35,976 nt of DNA from assembly GCA_000934665.2 (NCBI GenBank), contig JYFJ02003978.1, forward strand, positions 1 to 35,976, read 5' to 3'. The notes under the pieces are model-generated. The model was not told where the DNA came from. It did not search any database and was given only the letters and a program-made list of their open reading frames with translations. The DNA comes from Catajapyx aquilonaris (lineage: Eukaryota). Shown here piece after piece: positions 13,001-25,000 of this stretch. Numbering within the stretch: position 1 is the first letter of the stretch; each line of letters starts with the position of its first letter. The position numbers and the translations under genes were made by a program.

Positions 13001-16000
13001 AACAACATTGGCAACCGACTGTATCTATATACAGGGTGTATCTGAACTCAGTGCCCCGACGTATATGACTGCCTTCCTAGCCACCAGAGGATCGATTTAA
13101 GTATAGGAGTCATATGTCTGGGCAGCCTCATTACTGAGATACACTCTTTAGCGATTTTTGCCTAATCGCTCCTTCTGACTTTTAAATAGAATTTTCTGGT
13201 GTAACTAGCCAAAGAGGCCTTACCAGTGTGGGCAACAAACCAACAAAGTCCGGCCCCCAGACCTTCCAGAGCCTTCTGACTGGGGGAGGGTTCGATGGGT
13301 GGCCTAACCGACAGGATATTTTGTACTACATGTTTGCGGCCAATTATCTCCGTAATGAGGCTGCCCAGACATATGACTCCTATACTTAAATCGATCCTCT
13401 GGTGGCTAGGAAGGCAGTCATGTACGTCGGGGCACTGAGTTCAGATACACCCTGTATATTTCGAAGGAAATTGCTTATTGCGTCAGGCTTTCATTGTCCA
13501 ATCTAGGTGATGTTTTAGCGCCAGCAACTGAGTAACGGATGTTTCCAAAAAGAAAATCCTCCTGATCCACTTTCCCCCTCCCCGGCCCTCAACTATTAGA
13601 TTTTTCCTTTTCCACAAAAATTATCTTTCAGCGTATACAGGATTTTGCAACATGGAAACACTTCCTTTTGAGCTCAGGTTCTTTGCCATAAGTATTCCAA
13701 GACGGTGCAGCATCTTTTGCCCTGAAAAGCTAAATCATTTCAAAACAACATTACTATTGTTGATTTAGGCAATTTAGGATTCATTAAGGAGATACACGTC
13801 TAGTTTCTTCCCACTAACTTGTTGTTAACATGGGTCATCCTGCGCCTCAGGCGGCTCTCCTAAACACCCTTGCTACATGGGTTGCCTGGCCAGTAGGATG
13901 ACTGTTATGACCATCTTGTATGTTTCCATAATGACGAGAGTAATTTTGTCTTAGAATACTTGAGCCTAAGTCTGAAAGAAAGTTTGCACATTTTGGACTA
14001 ACCGGTACAGTGTACACGCTACCAACGGACAAATAGGAATTAATGGTTGGACTCAAGACCGCATATTTTCTTCGAGTTAGTAACCCTACAAAAGTCACAA
14101 ATAGAACTAGCTTTATTTGCAAATTCATAGAAAAAGCTCTAGGCACTCATTTCCAACTATTATAAATGGACCCCTGATTGAGGTTATTCTCTGCTAGATT
14201 TAATCTTTGAGGCTGCTTCAGGGTTGCAAATTGCACCAAATGGTTGATGATGTTGTGAGCACATACCGGTATACCATGAGTCACATCGGTTTATATGTAA
14301 AGATATGGAAAATAGTCACTGAATCGGCCTTCTAAGAAATGCACCCTTCTTCTAAAAGCAGCCAGAACATTCCTTTAAATCAAATACCGGTACCTGACTT
14401 CGACGCTTTACAGGGGTATTCGAGGAGTGAGCGTGGAAACTGAGATTGGCAGACCCTCGCTCCAGTTCACAGTCGACGGCAAGTTGAAGGGGGCTCAACT
14501 CCACATCATGAACCTTCGCCCGGAAGTGGCCACGGGGCCGCTCGCTTGGCAAGAGGTTAGTCAAACATCAGCTAAATCTCAGACAAAAACATAGCCAGGC
14601 AGGAGGAGTGGGGGTAGGCGGGATAGAATTCGACGTAACGAAAATCAACCTCGGATCTTATCTCAAACGACCAGCAGCTGCAGACATATTGGAGAATCGG
14701 CCGGTCACTTCTGACCTGCTGTATTTCACGATAACAGTTGATAGGAGAGCAAAACCCACACGTCCCTTTTAAGTATACTGCAAAGTCGCTCTTTTAAAAA
14801 AAATCCGAAACCTGCGCTTACAAATAGAGATTCCAATCTTGTTTCAACTTTCTGGAAGAGGAGCGCTTTTCAGAACCTGCTTTGATCAGAAAGTTGCAGT
14901 GTTGGGTAAAGTTACTGCTTAAAAGGAGCCTAATTATTATTTACAATTATATTGCTTCGCTCAAAAACGTAGATCTAATTAGTTACAAGTCTCAAGTAGC
15001 TAAATCAAATTACACTGGCGCCCTTTTAACCGTTGTTGAGTGTTCATATATATGCTATATTGCTAATCCCAAGTAAAATGGTTGGTATTCTACACACTAT
15101 ACAGTGTACACCTGCTTAATTGTAGGTATTTTTCTTCAGATTGGAGTGTGGCAGTCATGGAAGGAAGACGGATTAGACATCAAAGATATTATTTGGCCCG
15201 GATACAGCCATGTTCCACCTGGAGGGGTTCCCGAAAAATTCCACCTTAAAGTCACTTTTCTCGAGGAACCTCCTTATGTTAATCTGGCACCTCCTGACCC
15301 TCTGACTGGAAGGTGTACCCTCAATAGGGGTGTCCTGTGCCGGGTCGGGAAGGATATAGACCATCCAGGGTTAGTATATGGTATGGGCCCCAGAGATATT
15401 GTTGCCATGAAGTCGTTTTGGGGCTGGGATTACTGGCAGTGGAGTGCCCTAAGGCCACTTGGGTTTATTCGAATGCTCGCGCATTTTGTTGTTGCACCCT
15501 GCCACTAGCAGCAGCCAAAATTTGGAGGTGTGCAGTAGTTCTATAATTATAATTATTAGAGTGGCACTCGGTTCGAGCCTTCCATTCATACGTGACATAT
15601 CTTTTGTTACTGAGTTTGATTAGCTGGCAGAATGTTATTAATTTCAGTAATGTTCACAACACACAGGCTAGAACGTCTGATAACGGTCTGCTTTTATAAA
15701 TGTCCAGTGTAAGAGAATAATATTGAGATGTTCTGGTTAGTGGCACATGGTCGCTTATTTCTCAAAGTGGGTTTATGAGCATAAACTGCTAATGAAACTC
15801 TGTGAAGCAGCTACAAGTTGCACCTAGGTGATAGGGAGCTCTGGATTATTTAATTTGCCCCGATTACAGTACTACATGTGCATACAGGCAGATTATTGCT
15901 GATACTACAAACTTATGCAAAAGACTATTTTCGCATTTTAAAACATTTCATTTGATGTAATAATATAATATAATTTCAGAAGTCTTACAAAGATTGTGGG

Positions 16001-19000
16001 AGTTTGTACAATTGCATAAGATTTTATACACAGGTACTGTACTTTCTACATTTTACAAAATCGCAAAAAATGGATCCTCCAACTTTAAAATGACAATGTC
16101 AAGCAGAGTAATGTGATGTATTAGCTCGATCCCACTAGCTGATAATAATTGCAAAATTGAAGTTTCTGGGTGAAGTTTTATAAAGAAGTTCAAGTGGCTC
16201 ACGAAACCTCTCGATTTTGAATTATTAGGATAAAATTTTAGGGGTTTGTAATATTTGACTCTCTTAATTCAGATTGAGTTAGGTTTCGTACTTACATGAA
16301 GAATTGACATTCGTTTGCGAATTAGCCTTCATTTTTTAAATATTAGCATCTCGAATAAGTAAAAGCATTAAGGCCGGTATCCACGTACGAGAATCTCGCA
16401 TACGAGGAGCCAACTGCGCATGCCCAGATACGAGGAAATGGGGAAAAATTAGAAAATTTTCAACTTTTTCCCCTTTCCTCGTATCTGGGCATGCGCAGTC
16501 GGCTCCTCGCGGCTCCTCGCGGCTCCTCGTTTGCGAGATTCTTGTACGTGGATACCGGCCTTTAGAAAGAGAATATCAGCTTTTGAAAGCGTCCTTCCTA
16601 TGATCGATTTTTTCTCCTAATAGGCGCAGATTTCAGTGGAAGTTGTTCCTGATAGTGTAAGATGGAAATAGGAAACTCACTTTTGTTCTACGGTATTGTG
16701 GAAATTAGCATTTGAAATTCGCAACTTGGAAATATTTCCCCATTTAAAATCGTCACATAAGATTCCATGAACCTGAGATAATTTTGATGTTAATTATTTT
16801 GATGTTAATGGTAGATGATATGATGCCTTGTTCACCACAACTGGAATATTAATGAAATTAATAAGATGTCCAAAATCATGGCTGTCCATTCTACATGTAT
16901 TACTCCATTTGGCCTTACCTCGTGTAATTGGCGTTGCAAAATTATTGTTATTAAATATCAGTTTAAGTGAGCAATACTCAGCAAAAGTGGCCGTTTAAAA
17001 TATTGATCGAGTACACTAAATAAAATAATTTAGAGTTACTGGCAGCAAACATCAAAATAATTTCTTCAGAATCGCAAATTTGAAATGCGGATTTCCGAAA
17101 TACCAGGATAGAGAGGTCAAAGCTGAGTTTCACTATTATTTCAGCTTACATTATTAGGAACAATTTCCACTAAAAATGGCTGGACTTAAGGAATAATATG
17201 TGATCCTGGAAGTCACTGAATACTTTCCCATACCGCATAGGGTAACTTCATCAGTTGTAAAGGTTTAATGGAAGTATTTTATAGGCATCATACTGAATCA
17301 GTTAAATGCCTCCAAACCTCGTCAACAATATCAAATAATTTTGGGTCATAATATGGCAACATGTTGCCATAAATTAATACCTGTCATTCACCGTTTTCGT
17401 GGTGTGATTGGGGAAACGTATTGTATAAGAAAAGCCTCACTAATCAGGATAAGGTAACCAACTCTATGTAAATGAGTTTAAACCAGCCAGCAATTTATTT
17501 ATTCCTATTTATTCACAGGGCTCGAAACCGCAGTCAATACCAGTGTTGCTCTGGATTCTGCATCGATCTCCTGGAAAAGTTTGCCACTGACTTAGGATTC
17601 ACCTATGACCTGTTCCGGGTCGAAGACGCCACTTGGGGCACTCAAGTGGTAAGTTGGCAGTCACAAGGTGTTTCTCTGCCCAAGTTGACTATTCGAAAAA
17701 CCGGGGCGGGGCGGGGGTCCAAGAGTTGATGGATTTGTCACCCCTGGGATGTAAACAAAGCAGGCGGCATACAAAAAGGTAAACTATAGGCAAAGGGCAG
17801 CGACAACAGAGAAAAATATTGCTAGTACAGGGTGCACGTGAAGCTTTCATGCGACTTCTCCTGGCAACCGCAACTGGGCTGGAGTTTGAATCCGGATCAG
17901 GATTGACTCATGCATCAGCTCTCCCTCGTCTCCAATCTCTAGATCGTCAGATAAACACACAATATAGACCCATTTTAGGTTTAAACATTGATCACGTTAG
18001 CGAGACCAGATGTGGAGTTTTTGTTACGTTCATCCCCTGATTTATTTATTTATTTATTTAATATCTAACAGGTCTGCTACATAATTCGGTCTACCACTGC
18101 ACTGTATTAAATCACTCGGGAGAAATGGGAGCAAGTTTGTTTGAATGAAGCACATAGGTAGAAGATAATAATACTTATTTTCTCTCTTGGTTAGAATGGC
18201 AAATGGAATGGTTTAATTGCGGCCTTGATAAACCAAAAGACAGACGTAGTCATGACGTCTTTGAAAATCAACTCGGAAAGAGCGGCAGCTATAGATTTTT
18301 CTCTGCCATTTCTCGACACTGGGATTGCCATTTTGGTCGCAAAGAGAACAGGAATCATTTCACCTACGGCCTTTCTGGGTACGTAAGCAATTTGAAGTTT
18401 TTGCTGTCAATATATTCATTGTCGCTTATTACGATTAGAACCTTTTGACACTGCCTTATGGGCATTGGTGGCACTGGTTGCAATTCAGTTGGCAGCCATC
18501 AGCATCTTCTTTTTCGAATGGCTTAGTCCATATGGATACGACACCAAGGTAAGAACTTTAAAGTTCTAACTATCAGTATTTTTCTCACACAACTACACAA
18601 GTCAGTGAAAACATGCATTACTGACATCATAATATAATGTACTTGTGATTCATGTTATAGCAGAATTACTTAAACGCCTTTGACTCCATTTAATAGCGCG
18701 TGACAACATACACTGGGACCATTTATTTCGCTCGTATTCGCCTTGATCCAGTTTAGAAAGAGGAAAGAAAGAACGTGATGTTTGAAGCACCTTTGCATCG
18801 TCACGAACATGCCTCCCCCCCCCCCTCTCTCAAACACCACTTTCTATACTCAATTCCCCCAACTCCTTCCACCTTCTTTCCCCACACCCCGAAGGCCTTT
18901 TTCCGGAGCCCAGAGAAAACGTCTGGGGTTGTAGGTTTAGTGTCATCTTTCTACCCCGCCACATCCCTATCCTACCCACCCCATAGGTAAATATTCCTTC

Positions 19001-22000
19001 ACAGTTCCAAAGCCAGGAGAAAAAATGGCAGCCTGCTGACGGAAATTGCAGATCTAAAGCCATGGAAATTTAAATCCAAGTTGTTCGCAGATGCAATTTT
19101 CTCGCCATTTTTCCTCATGTGGAACCCCCTGTTCGCCCTATGCACTGCTTTTCCTCTAGTAATAGTAAAACAACATTTTTAAATGTTAGTGTAAAGGTGG
19201 TTAATTCTAATTCAACTTGATACTATGGTAATTACTCGAATGCGTAACAAATCCGCAGCTGTCAGGGTTAGTCCTTGATATAATTATGAACTGGAGTAAA
19301 TAGGAGCGCAATATTTGGTGAAACAGGCGTCGGAATGATCAGCTTCATTTCCTACATGATAAGTAATCATGTTAGCTGTGGGGATTATAGAGGTCCAAAT
19401 AGATTTCATAGATTGTCCTACAATTTATGAGCTAAAGGCCAAATGGGCTTTGGAACTTGCGGACTGTTGCCTGTTTTTGGTTCGAACTGAGAAGATGCTA
19501 CCCTCACAATATGTTTGCCTCACTTTTTTCAGTTTCCTTTATTTCCGAGGGATCTTTCTTGCTATAGGTAGATTCATGTACGAAGGCAACCGAGTGTTCA
19601 CCCAAATTCGCGCCTGGCATGGAAATTTCAGTGAATTCCCTATTTTTTTGTAAAGCATTTTTCTGCTATCGTCATACCAACGCTATACTTTTTGGCAATT
19701 CAATGGTCTGCCCAAAGATTTCTGCTATACTACTCTAAATAAATAACTCGGCTGAAAAAGCGAGGCCGCTGCCTCCATATTTGCTTAGATCGAGTGAGAG
19801 GTGCAAGCCAGCACGTTTCACACCAGAGAGGGACAAAATCGTCACAAAAATGGAATTGGATGAGCTCTGGTGGCTCGTCAGGCCTGATACCACGACATGA
19901 ATGACCTTCACTGACCACACCAGTTTTGGCCGGTTGGAATTGCAATCGCTAGGAATAATATGCTTATACAAAGAAAGCTGGAAATCAAATGATATAATTT
20001 TCATGCCTGTAGCCCGGTAGTTGCACAGTCAGTTGCTTTCGAACATGAATCTACCTGTAGTGGGATTTCCAGTTGGCAGAGTTAATCGATAGCCCAAAGC
20101 AAATCAAAAATGTAGAGGTGAGAGATGTCGAGGGACCAACCGGTAACGACATAGAAAATGAGAAACATTTACCCGCCCCTAGACACACATGACAACCCAC
20201 ACTGTATGTTCGTGCCCATGCAGTGGTTGCCTAGGGTGCAGGGTATGACATTTCTGTAAGGTAGCCTCATATTATGCGCAATAACTATTGCATCACGCTA
20301 ATGTCCTACTCCCTAAGCAACCACTATTATGTGCACAGACTGTTCTGCCTGTCAACAACTACAGTACCGGTACAGTATGTGTTGTCATAGTCATACAGCC
20401 TATGGGGCAGGCAAATGTTTCTCGTTGTCTAAGTCGTTACTGGTTGGTCCCTAGATATTTCTCACCGCTACATTTTTGATTTGTTTTGGGCCAACCAGTA
20501 CACTGTAGGCTGATGTCCCACTAATAATATATAAAATCTGCTCCGGCAGATTACAGTGGGAGTCCCAAATATTTCTCCCCACCAGCCAATCATGCACGCG
20601 GATATGCAAAAAGATACAAAATTGGCTGGAGGTAGGAATAGAGAAGAGCTCTCACTGCAAGGAACTAGCAGAAAAGGTATAACCACCATGATTGTATATT
20701 TTACGATCGTCACTAAAATTTAAATATGCATTTTATTTATTATTTCCTTATTTATATTAAATTTGAATGATGTTATCTCGCCTTTTGTACTCTCGGACGT
20801 GACATCAAACTCATAAAAATTTACACAAGTTAAAAAAAGTCTGCTGTAACTAGTTTTATTATTAAAAGTATCCCAATTATCTTCAATTGAGGTTTTTGGC
20901 CTGATAATGCAAAGCCGGGAATATGAGTACACTCTAGTCTGCAGATTACTTTAAAACCCAGTAAAAACAAGGATATAGAGGAGGCTGAATAATGAGTATG
21001 AGTAGATCAAGGAGAATACTAGCGCGCCTATCCCATGTAATGCAAATCCTTATCATAGTGCAAAAAATTATGTTGCAAGGCAATAAAATCAAGCAAGTTA
21101 TAACTAATTTGTCACTGCAGCATATGTTACTCTTGGGAAGAATTACAACTATTAAACATGAGTCTGGCAAGTATAGACTGTACGAGTGCTGAAGCTTTTG
21201 TCTAAATATGCACAAATTCAAATACCATTTGTTCATTTTTAGTGTTCTCCTCCACGAGGACATAGTTTTTCTCTTTCCCGTACGTTGTGGCTAGTGTGGG
21301 CAGTCCTTTTTCAAGCTGCAGTCAATGTCGACTGCCCCAGGGGATACACTGCCAGGTTGGTACACCTGGTTTAAATTCCATCGATATGCCATGTCCCGTC
21401 ATGGTTACGCAGCATTGCCACAACAGTATCCATCCGCATATATCAAGAAACCGGGTAATAGATTTTCACAGAATGGTCATTATTCTTCCACTTTCTTTAC
21501 AGGTTCATGAGCAATATGTGGGCAATGTTTGCTCTTATATTCCTAGCCATTTATACGGCCAATTTGGCTGCCTTTATGATAACCAGGGAAGAATATTATG
21601 AGCTCAGCGGAATCGAAGACATGCGAGTAAGTTTCGCTTTAGTGCATCCTTTTTTCAACAGTTTTGGCTAAAATTTAAAGGAGCAAGGTTTATATGCATT
21701 TTAAATGGCTGAACATACCTCTTTTAGGTGTAATCCTATTTCAAATAGACCGGAAAAACGTCCTCTCTCGCAGTTAAAATTATCTTCCTCATAAGGTACT
21801 TCCGCAACATAAGGGTTTTTTCGTGGAAAAAATACTGCCAAAAAAAATTACCAACTACAGTGGACGTAAGAGAAGTATTACACTGCACTGGTGCAATCCC
21901 ATTAGACGCAAGTTAAGCATATGAGGTCAAATACATCATGACACTGTGATTACCGTTGCACAGGATGATCCAGGTTGCATGCAGTGTAGGCTACCTGAGA

Positions 22001-25000
22001 AGTACTCGTCCAATATTGCTGCGCATCGTTGTTGTAGAGAATTATTATAACAAACAACTAACTCACTGGAGATGAAGATAACTTCCCAATTCTAAATAAA
22101 TAAAGTGAAAGTATCCTTTCCATAGTAGCGTTGTACGGTGCACAGTAAATACAGGGTGGCCAGTAACTCCCGACTTTCCAAATTTTCGGTTGCAATGTTT
22201 GAATACGCCATGCGGAAGCAATTAAGTCTAGATTAAAGGGACACTCCACTCAAAATACAAGTTGGCTCCCAAAAATCGGGCAAAAAAATACGATTCCAAC
22301 GACACCAATAATTATTTTTTCCGATGAACGATGACCCCAGGGGAACCGGATCATTATGCGTATTTTGGCGATACGGTTGCAACCGTATGCTACTGTTCAC
22401 GACACCCTCGCCGCCTGTCGGCAGGAATGGGAAATGGAGCAGGCACAGCTCTGCCCGCGAATTCAAACCTGAACGTATTCGAACCGTATGCAACTGTTCG
22501 CGACACCTGCTCCACCTATCGGCACTGTGCGCGCTACACTTCTCCGGTTTGCCGCGGGATGGTGTTGAATCGCCCTTCTTAGCAGACAACGTGTGTAGGT
22601 ATATGATTTTCGGTGTTACCGTTGGGCGTAGAAAAAAAAACCGATTGCACATTCGGAATCAGGATTTTTTGCCCGATTTTTGGGGACCAACTTGTATTTT
22701 GAGTGGAGTACCTACACATTACACATTATTATCTATCCTGTTGGATTGGTGACACGGATTTCATAGATGCTAGCCTGGCCATCTAACCGTCTGGATATTC
22801 TCTATCTACGTGGGGGTCATCTTCAAAACTTAATTTTCGCAGTGGAAACTGAAACTGATCAAATAGGAAGTTGGTCCAGTTTGCACTGTTAATGTATTCG
22901 GTATGAATGGCTAGAGAAATAATAGATTCCGAGTGCACCCGACCTCCCTGTTTGAATCAAATCGCCCAACACCGGAACTTTTTATTTATTTATTTACGTT
23001 ACCCCGTGATAAGGCGGAACCTTTTTAGGGGGCACACCACCATCAGTTTTCTAGTAACTGTGTACTATTTTTCTTCGCTCACCGGTGCAAGGAGACAGGG
23101 ACATGGGTAAGGATAGGGATTTTTGAGGAGGGAACATGGGGTGCAAGTGCAAGGTCTGTAAAGGGGTCATGTGCTGCTCCCCAGGAGGTTAGGTTGCCAG
23201 ACACCTCCTTGGTGCAGGTCAGAGACCCTCCTGACGCAGGTGAAAGGAAAACTCCCCAGGCGGGGATCGAACCTGGGGCCTTTCACTCAGCAAGCCGAGA
23301 CGTTACCATCTCGGCCATCTACACCTCCCCCCCCCCCAACATCGGAACTTTGTTGGCGTGAACAAATAGCACCTCTGCATGGGAAAATCAGGCGAAGTAG
23401 TACTCTATTTTAACACCGTATGGGGGAAACCATTACACAGATATCAGATTATGGAGCAGAAACAATGCTGCAAAACATACTCTCCTCAGACCAAAAGGGA
23501 TAACTCCAAGGTGGAAAAAAGGTGGCGGTATAATAAATAAAATCGCCATTTGTAAACTATTTGAGGCACACTTGCGGAAGTAAAGTGAATAAGCCTGAAT
23601 CGTCATGGCATCCTATCCTGTGATTTTCACTCCGATAGGACGAGTGGGTGAAGCACGAAACTTGTAATTTGTAGTCTGGCCCTTGTTAGATTGGGAAAGT
23701 AGATCTGATATTTTTTGGGTGCATGGAAATGCAACGGGTGAATATACAGACTCGTGCACGAATCCATTTTGTTCTATGGCATTAGTGTATTACCAGCAAC
23801 TACACAAATCGTAAAGGCTTCGAAATTGACCAATGTCAAAAGCCTTTACAGATTTCTTTCTGAGGATGCTTACTCTACCTCAATCAGTTTGCAAATCGAG
23901 TCTTCAGTGGCAGAAGCGAGTGCTTCATCAGATAGCGATGTCCCTGACAACTGAGAGTAAAATAAAAAATATGCAAGGCACGACTGCAGTACGTGATTGT
24001 TATTCCTACTGATTTCATTATTCCATGCACTCGAAAAATCTCCGATCTACTTCCCCAATAGAACAAGGGCCGGACTTCATTCCCAATAAGACAAAGGCCG
24101 AACTCCAAAGTACAAATTTCGGCCCCCTGCTTCGCCCGTAGTTCCTATCGGAGTAAAAAGCACAGGGTATAGGATGCCATGGCGATTTCAGGCTTATTCA
24201 CGTTACTTCCGCACGTGTACCTCAAATAGTTTACAAATGGCGATTTTTTTTCTAATACCCCCACATTTTTTCCACCTTGGAGTTCGGCCCTTATTCTATT
24301 GGGCTATTCAAATGTAGTAACTTACACCCGTGTGACGCCGCGACACCTGTTTCTTAGTGTTTACCTTTACTGTACGATTAAAAGGTAATTACAGTAATAA
24401 AGAAACTGATGGCTATAATAATAATCTCTAATACGAAACATTCTACCTCTAATACGGCAACATTTGTGACGTGCGTTGATCGCAATTTTTTTGACTGGAT
24501 GCTAAAGTTATCAATATTATTTTATTTTGATCAAAAATGAAGTATAACACTGTGCAGAAAACAGCCCTTTGCCATTGATGTGAAAGCAGTGTACGTCGTA
24601 TACTGTACTTCCTAAACCCACCTCATCAAGCCCAGAAGAAATTATTCCTGAACATGCCTCTCATTACAGTTGAGCAACCCTTTCACCATGAAACCCCCGT
24701 TTCGATTCGGAACTATACCTCATGGCAATACCGACGCTGTCCTCAAAAAAAATTTCCCTACAATGCAAGAATACATGCGTATTTATAATCGTTCCACTGT
24801 TCGAAGTGGAATACAAGCCGTGAAAAAAGGGTAAGAGATTCACACAATTATACCAGCAGGATCAGCTGAAGTGATACTTTATATGTTACATCGGCAGAGA
24901 ACTGGACGCCTTTATCTACGATGCCACCGTGCTAGATTACTTGGTCGGTCAGGACGACGAGTGCCGATTACTGACCGTCGGTTCGTGGTATGCCATGACT

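Noticed and set aside
17215..17256. Minus-strand CTGATGA...GAAA as a hammerhead
   Set aside because: Stem II is not adjacent to the core boxes and stems I and III cannot form.
21881..21986. TA-CACTGCA...TGCAGTG-TA mini-transposon
   Set aside because: Only a 7-bp inverted match, compatible with chance.
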